IMG/VR virus record: IMGVR_UViG_3300050821_007764 | Span: 25,049-89,048 of that record | DNA: 64,000 nucleotides | Source of the DNA: a virus | Reading direction: 5' to 3' (one strand) | Part shown: positions 1 through 8,599 of the stretch, one piece after another | Position numbering within the stretch: the stretch's first letter is position 1 | How the letters are laid out: the number at the start of each line of letters is the position of its first letter | Program-made: the position numbers and the translations under genes | The notes under the pieces: generated by a model | Databases searched by the model: none | What the model was told of the DNA's origin: nothing | Seen by the model: only the letters and a program-made list of their open reading frames with translations

Positions 1-420
1 GCCGAGCTGCTGGGCACGGTGTACCCCGTCGTGAAGGCGTGGCAGGAGGTGCTGGCGGGGCTGCACGTTCCGCAGTACGGGGGTCTGGGGGAACTGCTGG
101 AGTTCCACCCGCCGCAGGACGTCTCCGGGTTGATCCCGAAGGAGCCGGAGCGGTCGACCGTACCGTACGAGTTGACATATTCTCCTGGTCAGTCGTTCCT
201 CGGGACGTGGAACAGCGGACTGTCCTGGAGCATCACGCACCCGGCGGCGAGCTACTACTCCATTCCTGTGCCACTGTATGTGCCGCAGTACTCGGACTCC
301 TGTTCCCTGTGCAGCTACGCGTTCACCGCACGGACACAGGCCGACCTCGACCGCCTGGTCGGCACCCACTACACCACCGTCCACCTCATGCCCAGCACAG
401 CAACCGCCATCGCGGCCTGA
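1..420 (+). CDS. hypothetical protein, probably 5'-truncated by the window edge; C-terminal CxxC...H...H zinc-finger-like motif
   Basis: Frame open from the window start; CSLC..LVGTHYTTVH. Confidence 0.5.
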   Translation, partial: AELLGTVYPVVKAWQEVLAGLHVPQYGGLGELLEFHPPQDVSGLIPKEPERSTVPYELTYSPGQSFLGTWNSGLSWSITHPAASYYSIPVPLYVPQYSDSCSLCSYAFTARTQADLDRLVGTHYTTVHLMPSTATAIAA

Positions 421-455
421 CGCGCTGGCGGTGATCTTGCCGTTTCTCCGGCCCG

Positions 456-767
456 GTGCCTAAGCTGGTACAGCAGCACACCGAGCCGGAGGCCCGCATG
501 ACGTACTCAGTACCACAGATCGACCCAGAGTTCGTCCACGCACTCATGGCACAGGACGACCCCGACATCGTCACCACAGCGCTCACGCTTTTCACCATCG
601 GAATGCTCCAGGGCATCTCCGCCGTCATGCGGGAACACGCCATGGTCCTCCTGCTCCAGGGCATGCAGCAACCGTACGTGAACGGATGGCTGGACGCGGC
701 CGATACCTTCGACGCCAACCCGCCACCTCATGAACCGGCATGCAGGGAAAAAGAAAAGGAAACCTAG
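456..767 (+). CDS. hypothetical protein
   Basis: ORF with high-GC codon usage; possible alternative ATG at 498 after GGAGG. Confidence 0.6.
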   Translation: MPKLVQQHTEPEARMTYSVPQIDPEFVHALMAQDDPDIVTTALTLFTIGMLQGISAVMREHAMVLLLQGMQQPYVNGWLDAADTFDANPPPHEPACREKEKET

Positions 768-959
768 ATGCAGCTCGACAAGGAGACATACACAGCTCTG
801 CGGGACGACATGCGCCAGGAACTCGTACGGCTCCATCGCACCCGCGCCCAGCCATGGGAAACCAACGCGGTCCTGCGGCGCATCAGCCGCCTGGACATGG
901 CCTGGGCCCGCAACCAGGAATGGCACGACAGCAGCGCAGGAACTCTCATCGAACCGTGA
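768..959 (+). CDS. hypothetical protein
   Basis: Abuts the previous stop; AAAGGA RBS. Confidence 0.6.
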   Translation: MQLDKETYTALRDDMRQELVRLHRTRAQPWETNAVLRRISRLDMAWARNQEWHDSSAGTLIEP

Positions 960-994
960 GGGGCACGTAACGACACGCGGAAGGCGGACAGGGA

Positions 995-1225
995 ATGCCG
1001 GTACAGCACGTGGACTACACGGAGGTGCTCAAGCAGCTCGAAACCAAGCGGCAGGGGCGGGACCTGTCCTGGCGGCAGGTGGCCACCGAGATGGATATCC
1101 CCGCCGGGACGTTCAGCCGGTTGCGCAATGGCGAGGGGTGCTCGAACGACGCCCTGGTGACCATGCTGTCATGGCTCGGGGCGGATAGGTCGATCAAGCC
1201 GTTCCTGGTGGCCGCACCGGAGTAG
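995..1225 (+). CDS. XRE-type helix-turn-helix DNA-binding protein
   Basis: LSWRQVATEMDIPAGTFSRLRNG HTH pattern. Confidence 0.75.
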   Translation: MPVQHVDYTEVLKQLETKRQGRDLSWRQVATEMDIPAGTFSRLRNGEGCSNDALVTMLSWLGADRSIKPFLVAAPE

Positions 1226-1263
1226 GATCAGTGGACCACCGCAGTGCACGCGAAGGAGCTGCT

Positions 1264-1599
1264 ATGTCGAAGCCCCGTAAAGACGACCGCATCCGTGTCC
1301 TGCCCCAGGCCATGGCCGCGTACGCGTCCGGCACGTCCATCCGGGCCATCGCCGAGGCCATCGGGTTCTCCTACACGGGTACCCGGCGGATGCTGATGGC
1401 GGAGGGCGTACAGATGCGCCCCCGGTACACCCGTGTACTGCGGCAGGGTGAACTCCAGGACACCGACCCCCGCACGGTGCCCTGCACCTACTGCGGGGCC
1501 GAAGCGGGGGGCGGGTGCCACAGCAAGTATGGTAAGCGCCTGTCCAAGCTGCACAGGTCACGCCGGTACGCGGTTGGCAGTGCGGCTCCCACGACTTGA
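1264..1599 (+). CDS. HTH plus zinc-finger DNA-binding protein
   Basis: YASGTSIRAIAEAIGFSYTGTRRML HTH; CTYCGAEAGGGC...H motif; AAGGAG RBS. Confidence 0.7.
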   Translation: MSKPRKDDRIRVLPQAMAAYASGTSIRAIAEAIGFSYTGTRRMLMAEGVQMRPRYTRVLRQGELQDTDPRTVPCTYCGAEAGGGCHSKYGKRLSKLHRSRRYAVGSAAPTT

Positions 1600-1624
1600 C
1601 AGTCCATGCGAGAAGTGAAACACT
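1596..1624 (+). promoter_or_regulatory. sigma70/HrdB-like promoter with TGCGAGAAGTGA box in the spacer
   Basis: TTGACA-17-AACACT; the 12-mer is shared with the 3287 promoter. Confidence 0.5.
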
Positions 1625-1673
1625 ACGTATCAGGAACAGGGACCCGGCACACCGGAACCCGGAGCAGTAAGGA

Positions 1674-2150
1674 GTGTATGTGGCACGCCACATGAATTCG
1701 GGCGTCAAGGCGTACGGCGTCAGCAACGCCCTGCGCGCCAGGGGTCTCACCCGCAGCGAGGAACTCAGCAGGAGCCGCAAGGACCACCGCATGAGCGCCG
1801 GGTACCAGGTGGCCCAGCTCGATGACGACTCCGTCCGCATCAGGCACCACCTCGGCAACGGCCACCGCATCACCCTCGCCGCCGACCGTGCGGCCAAGGT
1901 GGAGGCGGAGCTCACCAAGTACACCGAGATACTGGAGAACGGGTACGCCGTCGTGCACCACGGCGAGGGCGAACAGGCGTACCTCATCGTGCGCAACCCG
2001 GTGAGCCCCCTGGTCGGCGAGACTCTGCGCAAGGCGGCCAAGCTCGTCCGTGAACTGCCGGGCTCCGCAGCCAGGACAGCCAACGCGGCGATCGTCGCCG
2101 AGCACCTGGAGGACTGGGCAGTCCTTGCCGACGGCGGCAAGGACTGGTAG
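1674..2150 (+). CDS. hypothetical protein
   Basis: ORF with AAGGAG RBS; exact start (1674/1680/1692) uncertain. Confidence 0.65.
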   Translation: MYVARHMNSGVKAYGVSNALRARGLTRSEELSRSRKDHRMSAGYQVAQLDDDSVRIRHHLGNGHRITLAADRAAKVEAELTKYTEILENGYAVVHHGEGEQAYLIVRNPVSPLVGETLRKAAKLVRELPGSAARTANAAIVAEHLEDWAVLADGGKDW

Positions 2151-2179
2151 GCCCCATGGGGCCGGAGGGAAGCGAGAAC

Positions 2180-2392
2180 ATGTCTGAGATCAAGTTTGAA
2201 AGCGCAGACGTTGAACGCGTTTGGTCGTCCGCCATGAAGACCAAGGACCGCTTCGACCGGGAAGGCTTTGAATCCGTCGAGGTCCACGAGTCGATGGACC
2301 TCCTGGTCGAGTTCTGCGACCTGCTCATGGGGCGCGGGGCCAGGACCGTGGACACGTTCCTGTCCAACAATGACATGGAGATCCCGCAGTAA
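2180..2392 (+). CDS. hypothetical protein
   Basis: ORF with GGAGG upstream. Confidence 0.6.
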   Translation: MSEIKFESADVERVWSSAMKTKDRFDREGFESVEVHESMDLLVEFCDLLMGRGARTVDTFLSNNDMEIPQ

Positions 2393-2555
2393 CCTGCGGA
2401 CGCCACTCGGCATCAACCGGCGAGCCCCCAAAACCGATCGCACTCTTCGTGAACGCGGGTATGGCGGCCGACACGGGTCCACGACCCCCGGCGAGCCGAC
2501 GGCCGGGCGGGAGCCGCAATCCCCGCCACCCGCAGCCCAGACGGAAAGAGAAACC

Positions 2556-3281
2556 ATGAAAATCTTCGGCAGAAGCTCCAAGCAGGCCGACGCACAGACC
2601 CCGGCCCAGGAGGTCACCGTCCCCGACGGCATGATCTCCCTGGTCAAGCAGGCCGCCGTCAGCCTGGAGAAGCACGGGGCGGGCAAGGAGAAGGCCGCCG
2701 TCTACCTGGTCCTGGACCACTCCGGCTCCATGGACGGGTTCTACGGCATCGGTGCCGTGCAGGATCTCGCCGAAAAGGCCCTCGGCATGTCCGCGAACCT
2801 GGACGACGACGGCCACGTACCGGTCGTGTTCTTCGAGAGCAGTGCGCACAGCCCCCAGGTGGTCGGCCTGGACAACTACCAGGGCTGGGTGCAGCGCGCC
2901 CACCAGTCCGTCCCCTACGGCTCCACGAACTACGGCGGTGCCATGGACGCCGTGGTCAAGCACTACCGCAAGTCCGGGGCCATCGATCCGGCGCTGGTGA
3001 TCTTCCAGACCGACGGACGGCCGGACAGTGAGGCCGCCGTCGAGCGCAAGCTGCGCGAGTACTCCGCCGAACCCATCTTCTGGTTCTTCGTCGGCTTTGG
3101 CAGCGGTGCCGGGTACCTGAACACCCTGCCGGGGCTCTCCGGTCGCACGTTCAGCAACGTCGGCGTATTCCAGTGCGGCGCGGACCCGCAGGAAGTGTCG
3201 GCGGGCAGTCTCTACGAGGCGCTGACCATGGACTTCGCCCGCATGCTTGGGGAGGCCCGGGCCGCCAGCGTCCTGAAGTAG
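2556..3281 (+). CDS. vWA domain protein (TerF-associated vWA type)
   Basis: VYLVLDHSGSM MIDAS motif; STNYGGAM; VIFQTDG; PIFWFFVGFG. Confidence 0.85.
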   Translation: MKIFGRSSKQADAQTPAQEVTVPDGMISLVKQAAVSLEKHGAGKEKAAVYLVLDHSGSMDGFYGIGAVQDLAEKALGMSANLDDDGHVPVVFFESSAHSPQVVGLDNYQGWVQRAHQSVPYGSTNYGGAMDAVVKHYRKSGAIDPALVIFQTDGRPDSEAAVERKLREYSAEPIFWFFVGFGSGAGYLNTLPGLSGRTFSNVGVFQCGADPQEVSAGSLYEALTMDFARMLGEARAASVLK

Positions 3282-3286
3282 AGCTC

Positions 3287-3316
3287 TTGACACGGCTGTG
3301 CGAGAAGTGACATAGT
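3287..3316 (+). promoter_or_regulatory. sigma70-like promoter with TGCGAGAAGTGA box
   Basis: TTGACA-18-CATAGT. Confidence 0.55.
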
Positions 3317-3348
3317 CGAAGCAGGAAGAACACAGGAAGAAGGACGAC

Positions 3349-3738
3349 ATGAAAACCCTCGCACGCAGCCGCAGCATGGCACTGTTCAGCGACGCCTACC
3401 AGGCCGGGTACAGGGCCGCCGTCGACACCTCCACCCCTGTGCTGGAGCCGGAGACGGCCACAGCGCCGGAGACGGACGTCTTCGCCGCTGCGGCGGCACT
3501 GGGGGCGTGGTTCGAGGCGAACGAGGCGTCGAAGGTCTGCGACCGGGACAAGCGACGGGCCCGCAAGCTCATCGACACGCTCGCGGCGGGCGTCTACGGC
3601 GGCTGGGTCCTGCGCTGGAAGCCCTCCGTGCGCATGACCCCCGATCTGGAGGCCATCGCCGAGACCTACCGGCGGCTGGGCCTGGGCGAGGTGCCCATGC
3701 GGCAGTGCGCCGACAGCCTGGGGGTGGAAAAGGCGTGA
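3349..3738 (+). CDS. hypothetical protein
   Basis: ORF with purine-rich RBS. Confidence 0.65.
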   Translation: MKTLARSRSMALFSDAYQAGYRAAVDTSTPVLEPETATAPETDVFAAAAALGAWFEANEASKVCDRDKRRARKLIDTLAAGVYGGWVLRWKPSVRMTPDLEAIAETYRRLGLGEVPMRQCADSLGVEKA

Positions 3739-3986
3739 GCCGGAGCCTCCCGGACGTCTTCGTCAAGAAACGGGGCCGGTACCTGTGCGTGCGCGCTCTG
3801 TGGTCCGAACCCGGCAAGGGCTGGGCGATCAGCATCGAGGACGCGAGCCCTGGCAAGGACACCGATGGTATGCGGATCGGTGAAATGGTCATCGGGAAGA
3901 CCGCCGTGTGGTGCTACACCCAGGAAGCAGCCCAACGAATGCAGGACCGGGCAGTCCGACTCGCCAAGGTGGGCCGGATCCGTTGA
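3735..3986 (+). CDS. hypothetical protein
   Basis: GTGA overlap with the upstream stop. Confidence 0.55.
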   Translation: MSRSLPDVFVKKRGRYLCVRALWSEPGKGWAISIEDASPGKDTDGMRIGEMVIGKTAVWCYTQEAAQRMQDRAVRLAKVGRIR

Positions 3987-4339
3987 CCGCCGAAGCCGTG
4001 CGGTGGCTGGAGGGGGAATTCGACAGCCACCGCATTCAGGAAGTAGCCGGGTTCGAATACGAGCCACCGGCCCACAGCTCCACCGAGTACCAGCGGCCCG
4101 TGCTGGAATTCATCGACGACGTGGACGGGTGCTGTTTCATGTGCCGGACGGGATCCCCGGAGCGCTGTTCGTGGTTCAGATCCGTGTTCCCTTCGCCATG
4201 GGCGTCCACCATGTTGCTGGGGCTTCCTTGGACGGAGGAGCGCGAAAGGGCGTGGCTCAGCTGGGAAACCCTGTCTGACTGCGAGTACGACCAGCGAATA
4301 GACGTCTACCTAGAGAAGACAAGAAAGGAATGCGCATGA
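3983..4339 (+). CDS. hypothetical protein
   Basis: TTGA overlap with the upstream stop; ATGA overlap with the downstream gene. Confidence 0.55.
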   Translation: MTAEAVRWLEGEFDSHRIQEVAGFEYEPPAHSSTEYQRPVLEFIDDVDGCCFMCRTGSPERCSWFRSVFPSPWASTMLLGLPWTEERERAWLSWETLSDCEYDQRIDVYLEKTRKECA

Positions 4340-5265
4340 GTGAGCAGCTCGACTTCTCCGGCCTGGTGTTCCCCACCGAGCCGACAGCCAACTTCATGGA
4401 GATCACGCCGGTGATGGCAGAGATCCTCTTGGGGTTCAACGTCAAGAACCGCGTCGTGAACGACCGCCTGGTCAAGGAGCACGTCCGCACCATCCTCGCC
4501 GGTGACTACCTGGTCAATGGCGAGACCATCAAACTCTCCTGGCCGCTCCTCAACGGCAAGAAGGACCCCACCGGCAAGGGCCTGCCCATTCTCCTGGACG
4601 GGCAGCACCGGCTGGAGGCCGTGGTCGAGGCAGGAAAGTCGATCATGATCCTGGTCGTCTACGGCCTGGACCCCGGCACCCAGGCCACCATCGACACCGG
4701 CCGCAAGCGCACCACCGCCGACTGGCTCAAGATCAACGGCGAGACCGAGTACACCACCTTCGGGGCCGTCCTGACCGGGATCTGGAAGTGGAACGCGGGG
4801 GATCGGATGTTCAACACCAACCCCAAGCCCACCCCCCTGGAGACGGCCCAGCTCCTGGCGGACCACCCGGAGATCCGCCGGTCCGTGGAACTCGGGGTCC
4901 AGGCATCCCGGGGGTTCCCGGACCTGCGGCGGTCCTCCCTGGCCGTCTGCCACCACATCATCTCCCAGCTCGACACGGAGCACGTGCCCTACTTCATGCG
5001 CCTGATCGAGACCGGCGCGGGCCTCGAAGAGGGACACCCGGTGCTGGCTCTGCGTCGGCGGGCGTCATCCTACCGGCGGCGCAAGGAGCCGATGCCGCTG
5101 CGGCGTGAGGCGGGCCTGATCCTCACGGCGTGGAACAAGTGCGTACTGGACGAGCCGACCTCTCGCATCATCCAGCTCTTCAACGAGCCCGCCCCCGAGG
5201 CGCAGCACCCGATGGGGCGCTACCTGGAACTCCTCCAGGACGCGAAGACCCGCACGGACAGCTAG
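4336..5265 (+). CDS. ParB-like (DGQHR motif) protein
   Basis: ITPVMAEILL..N..NR; NGETI; LLDGQHRLEAVV; TIDTGRKRT. Confidence 0.75.
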   Translation: MSEQLDFSGLVFPTEPTANFMEITPVMAEILLGFNVKNRVVNDRLVKEHVRTILAGDYLVNGETIKLSWPLLNGKKDPTGKGLPILLDGQHRLEAVVEAGKSIMILVVYGLDPGTQATIDTGRKRTTADWLKINGETEYTTFGAVLTGIWKWNAGDRMFNTNPKPTPLETAQLLADHPEIRRSVELGVQASRGFPDLRRSSLAVCHHIISQLDTEHVPYFMRLIETGAGLEEGHPVLALRRRASSYRRRKEPMPLRREAGLILTAWNKCVLDEPTSRIIQLFNEPAPEAQHPMGRYLELLQDAKTRTDS

Positions 5266-5268
5266 CGT

Positions 5269-5297
5269 TTGACCCCGCTCCTTTCCCCCTCTAGAAT
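5269..5297 (+). promoter_or_regulatory. sigma70-like promoter
   Basis: TTGACC-17-TAGAAT. Confidence 0.6.
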
Positions 5298-5327
5298 AGG
5301 GGAAGGAAAAGGAACGGATGGATATAC

Positions 5328-5837
5328 ATGAGCATGATCCTGTTCACCATGCTTCAGCGGTGGGCGGCGGAGAAAACCAGTGACCTCATCGGGAATGGCC
5401 TGATCGTCGCTCTCGATGACTCCCAGGAATTCTCCGCCGAACCCCGACTGGTTCTGGAGCTGGAGAACCGCAGATACCTTGCACGGCTGACGCTCAAAGA
5501 AGACGGTAGCACGGCACTCGAATGCCTGGACAAGAAGGCAGAAAAACTCCAGCAGGGCACGTGCGCGGTTTTCACCGAAGGGCAGCTCGAAAGCGCTGTT
5601 GGGCACCTGCTCGAATGGATGGGTGAGCAGTCCGACCAGCCGGACACCCAGCCAGTGGTCTTCAATTGCCCGGACCAGAAAGCCGTCTACGTCTCACGCG
5701 GCGAAGCACGGATGATCAAGAAGCGGGCCAGGCTCCCCGGCACCGTCGTGGAGTACAAGTGTCAGCGCTGCGGGAACTGGCACCTCGGCGACAAGAAGAG
5801 CCGTGGCACCATGAAGCGGCGGACGTTCAGAAGCTAG
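5328..5837 (+). CDS. hypothetical protein with C-terminal Cys/His motif
   Basis: YKCQRCGNWHL; downstream of the 5269 promoter. Confidence 0.6.
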   Translation: MSMILFTMLQRWAAEKTSDLIGNGLIVALDDSQEFSAEPRLVLELENRRYLARLTLKEDGSTALECLDKKAEKLQQGTCAVFTEGQLESAVGHLLEWMGEQSDQPDTQPVVFNCPDQKAVYVSRGEARMIKKRARLPGTVVEYKCQRCGNWHLGDKKSRGTMKRRTFRS

Positions 5838-5843
5838 TACGGC

Positions 5844-5943
5844 GGGTCTGGCAGTACCAGGGTGCCTGTGGAAGGGCGCACTCTGGTTTGGTGCGGCGGT
5901 TGCCGCGAATCCTCCGCCCCGGGTTCGACTCCCGGCAGACCCA
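5844..5943 (+). ncRNA. non-canonical tRNA-like RNA (acceptor stem + T arm; two hairpins replace the D and anticodon arms)
   Basis: GGGTCTG/CAGACCC-A 7-bp acceptor; T arm CCGGG-TTCGACT-CCCGG; inner stems ACCAGGGTGC/GCACTCTGGT and GGCGG/CCGCC. Confidence 0.7.
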
Positions 5944-5998
5944 CGGACTGCGGCAGCCAACCGCAGCGCACACGTAGGAAACACAGACAAGGAACCAG

Positions 5999-7570
5999 AT
6001 GACCGACAGCCACACCCCCCAGGCAGCCGTCGAGAACGACGACATCATGCAGGAGATGGCCCGTCTCGCCGAGGCCGCCACCGCCAACGGCCTCGCAACC
6101 CAGGCCAACGGGGTCTCCCCGCAGCTCGCCTCGGCAGCCGCCACCCTCGCCCTGCTCAGCGCACTGGGCGGCAACAAGGTCGCGGAGGACAGCCTCCACT
6201 TCGAGGGCACCTCCTTCATCCTGCCGAAAAACTACGAGGGCCGCATCGACGACGCCATCGAGTTCCTGGTGCAGTACCGGTCCCAGCAGGCCGCCAAGGT
6301 CGACATCACCCGAGTCTTCGAGTACCGCCCCCTGGACGTCGCCCACGCCGTGCAGGCCGCTCTCAAGAAGGTCTTCGGCCACACCGGCAAGGGCATCGCC
6401 ATCAAGACGATGTTCGGCGACATCGAGCCCCTCTTCGTGGACGTGCCGACCGGCGTGGACCAGGTCACCCAGGTCCCCTGGAACCGCGTCGCGTTCCCGT
6501 CCCTGAACGGGCACATCGACATCAAGTCCAAGGACTCCCCGCAGGGCCCCGTCGGACAGATCACCGTCAACGCCCCCCGCGCCTACCGCAGCGCCGTCGA
6601 CGGCTTCTTCAAGGCGGTCGAGGCCGAGCTGCGTGGCGGCTCCATCTACCGGGGCAAGGCCATCGTCCAGACCGAGGCCGACGAGATCAAGTTCATGGAC
6701 CTGTCCAAGGTCAAGCGCGAGGACGTCGTCTACGGCGACGAGGTCTTCGCGCACCTGGAGGCCAACCTCTGGGTGGCCCTGCGCAACCTGCCCGCCATGC
6801 GAGCAGCCGGGCAGCCCATCAAGCGGGCCGTCCTGCTGGAGGGCCCGTACGGCACCGGCAAGTCCCTCGCGGGCTACCTCACCGCGCAGCAGGCCGTCGC
6901 CAACGGCGTCACGTTCATCTTCGCCGAGCCGGGTGCTGACCTGCACCTGGCCCTGAACACCGCCCAGCTGTACGCCCCCGCCGTCGTTTTCTTCGAGGAC
7001 ATCGACGTCCTTCAGTCCAACGACCCCGAGGACGTTTCCAAGCTCCTGGACGCGTTCGACGGCGTCGGCGGCAAGGGCAAGGAGGTCATCGCGGTCCTGA
7101 CCACCAACAACCGCGACAAGATCCACAAGGGCATGCTGCGGCCCGGCCGCCTGGACGCCGTCATCCACATCGCCGACCTGGACCTCGGCGGTATGCAGCG
7201 ACTGATCGAGGCGTCGTTCCGGGGCAGCGACGTCAAGCTCCTGGACATCGACTACGAGGCCGTGTTCGAGGCGTGCGAGGGCTACCTGCCCGCGTTCGTC
7301 CGCGAGGTCGCCACCCGCGCCCTGCGGTACGCCATGGTCCGCGTGAACGGCATGCCGAACGAGCTGACCACCGACGACCTCCTCAAGGCCGCACACGGCC
7401 TGCGGGAGCAGTACAGCCTCATGATCGGCGCGCACGAGATCCAGCAGACGGCGACGCTGGAGGCCGCGCTGCACAACGTCATCGCGGAAACCCTGGAGAA
7501 GGCCGTCGCCCTGGACGCCGACGGGGACCAGAACTACAACATCCGTGGGTTCGAGATCGCCCGCAAGTAG
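5999..7570 (+). CDS. AAA+ ATPase (classical clade, FtsH/Cdc48-like module) with long N-terminal domain
   Basis: Walker A GPYGTGKS; Walker B VVFFEDID; SRH TTNNRDKIHKGMLRPGRLD. Confidence 0.9.
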   Translation: MTDSHTPQAAVENDDIMQEMARLAEAATANGLATQANGVSPQLASAAATLALLSALGGNKVAEDSLHFEGTSFILPKNYEGRIDDAIEFLVQYRSQQAAKVDITRVFEYRPLDVAHAVQAALKKVFGHTGKGIAIKTMFGDIEPLFVDVPTGVDQVTQVPWNRVAFPSLNGHIDIKSKDSPQGPVGQITVNAPRAYRSAVDGFFKAVEAELRGGSIYRGKAIVQTEADEIKFMDLSKVKREDVVYGDEVFAHLEANLWVALRNLPAMRAAGQPIKRAVLLEGPYGTGKSLAGYLTAQQAVANGVTFIFAEPGADLHLALNTAQLYAPAVVFFEDIDVLQSNDPEDVSKLLDAFDGVGGKGKEVIAVLTTNNRDKIHKGMLRPGRLDAVIHIADLDLGGMQRLIEASFRGSDVKLLDIDYEAVFEACEGYLPAFVREVATRALRYAMVRVNGMPNELTTDDLLKAAHGLREQYSLMIGAHEIQQTATLEAALHNVIAETLEKAVALDADGDQNYNIRGFEIARK

Positions 7571-7578
7571 CACCCCGG

Positions 7579-7612
7579 GGGCGGTCCAGGCGGTACGCTG
7601 CCTGGACCGCCC
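7579..7612 (+). terminator. GC-rich hairpin after the AAA+ gene
   Basis: GGGCGGTCCAGGC/GCCTGGACCGCCC 13-bp stem. Confidence 0.6.
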
Positions 7613-7647
7613 TACCCGTTGCCGGACAGGAAGAGGGAGGAGACATC

Positions 7648-7842
7648 ATGGACCCGAACGATCTTGCCATTCAGGGTGGCCCGGTGAACCGTGTCACCTG
7701 GGAAGCCGCCCGGCTTCTGGGTGCGGGCTGCGGCGTCGAGGTGTCCGATGCCGGGTACGGCCTGCGGTCCACCGGCTTCAACCGGTCCAACCGCGTCAGC
7801 CAGCAGGCGTACCTGGAGCAGATCGAGGAGCGCCAGCGGTGA
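7648..7842 (+). CDS. hypothetical protein
   Basis: GGAGG RBS. Confidence 0.55.
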   Translation: MDPNDLAIQGGPVNRVTWEAARLLGAGCGVEVSDAGYGLRSTGFNRSNRVSQQAYLEQIEERQR

Positions 7843-8369
7843 CAGGACGCGAGGGGTTCATCCTGGCGACTGGTAGCCGCACCGCGCCGCCCTGGCTGCG
7901 GGACGAGGTCCACACGCGCCTCACGGAGCTCTCCGAGGATGCCCGCAGCAACCATGGCGTGCAGCGTCTCACTGTCGTCCACGGGGCTGCCGCCGGTGTT
8001 GACACCGACGGTCGGGTCTGGGCGCACCGGGACCACGGCTGGCCGGTCGGCCACAAGGCGTTCCCGGCGATCTGGGCGGGCCCCTGCGACCCAGCGCGCT
8101 GCACCCCTGGGCATCGCAGGACCCGGGAGGGCGGCTCGGACTGGTGTCCGGCCCAAGGCAGTTATCGCAACGGTGCTATGGCCACGTATCTCCACCGGCA
8201 GTATCATGATCTGGGTGCCTGGGTGCAGGTGGCGGCGTTCTACCGGATGCCCAATTCGGTGGGAACACTGGACTGCGTACGGCAGGCACGGACGCTGAGA
8301 CTACCTGTGCTGGAGTACGGCAATGCCCCGAGGACCGGAACCGAAGAACCCGGGGAAACGCTGTTCTGA
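7839..8369 (+). CDS. SLOG-superfamily (YspA-like) protein
   Basis: ILATGSR; VVHGAAAGVD; FPAIW; YRNGAM; GTLDCVRQAR. Confidence 0.75.
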   Translation: MTGREGFILATGSRTAPPWLRDEVHTRLTELSEDARSNHGVQRLTVVHGAAAGVDTDGRVWAHRDHGWPVGHKAFPAIWAGPCDPARCTPGHRRTREGGSDWCPAQGSYRNGAMATYLHRQYHDLGAWVQVAAFYRMPNSVGTLDCVRQARTLRLPVLEYGNAPRTGTEEPGETLF

Positions 8370-8599
8370 GTGCGGCCGGAGAGTCCGCCTCTCTTTCGAC
8401 GGTACCGTGCGCACACATTTCCTGAAGCAGGCGTCCTACGATCCGCAGACGCGGGAGATGTGTATCGGGTCCAACCAAGAATTCGTACAGGAACTGCGCC
8501 GGGAGCGCATCACCAGAAGGTAGCAGCCCGGCCGATTGTCAGACCCGGGTGCGAGGATGGAGTCCTGGCACCCTGCACCGCACAGAGAACAGGAACAGC

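Noticed and set aside
5834-7573. Long antisense ORFs (579 aa here; also 1262-2686, 14646-16148, 16584-18155, 24875-26659, and 36420-38153 on +)
   Set aside because: Shadow frames of high-GC genes; the opposite or alternative frame has clear motifs and an RBS
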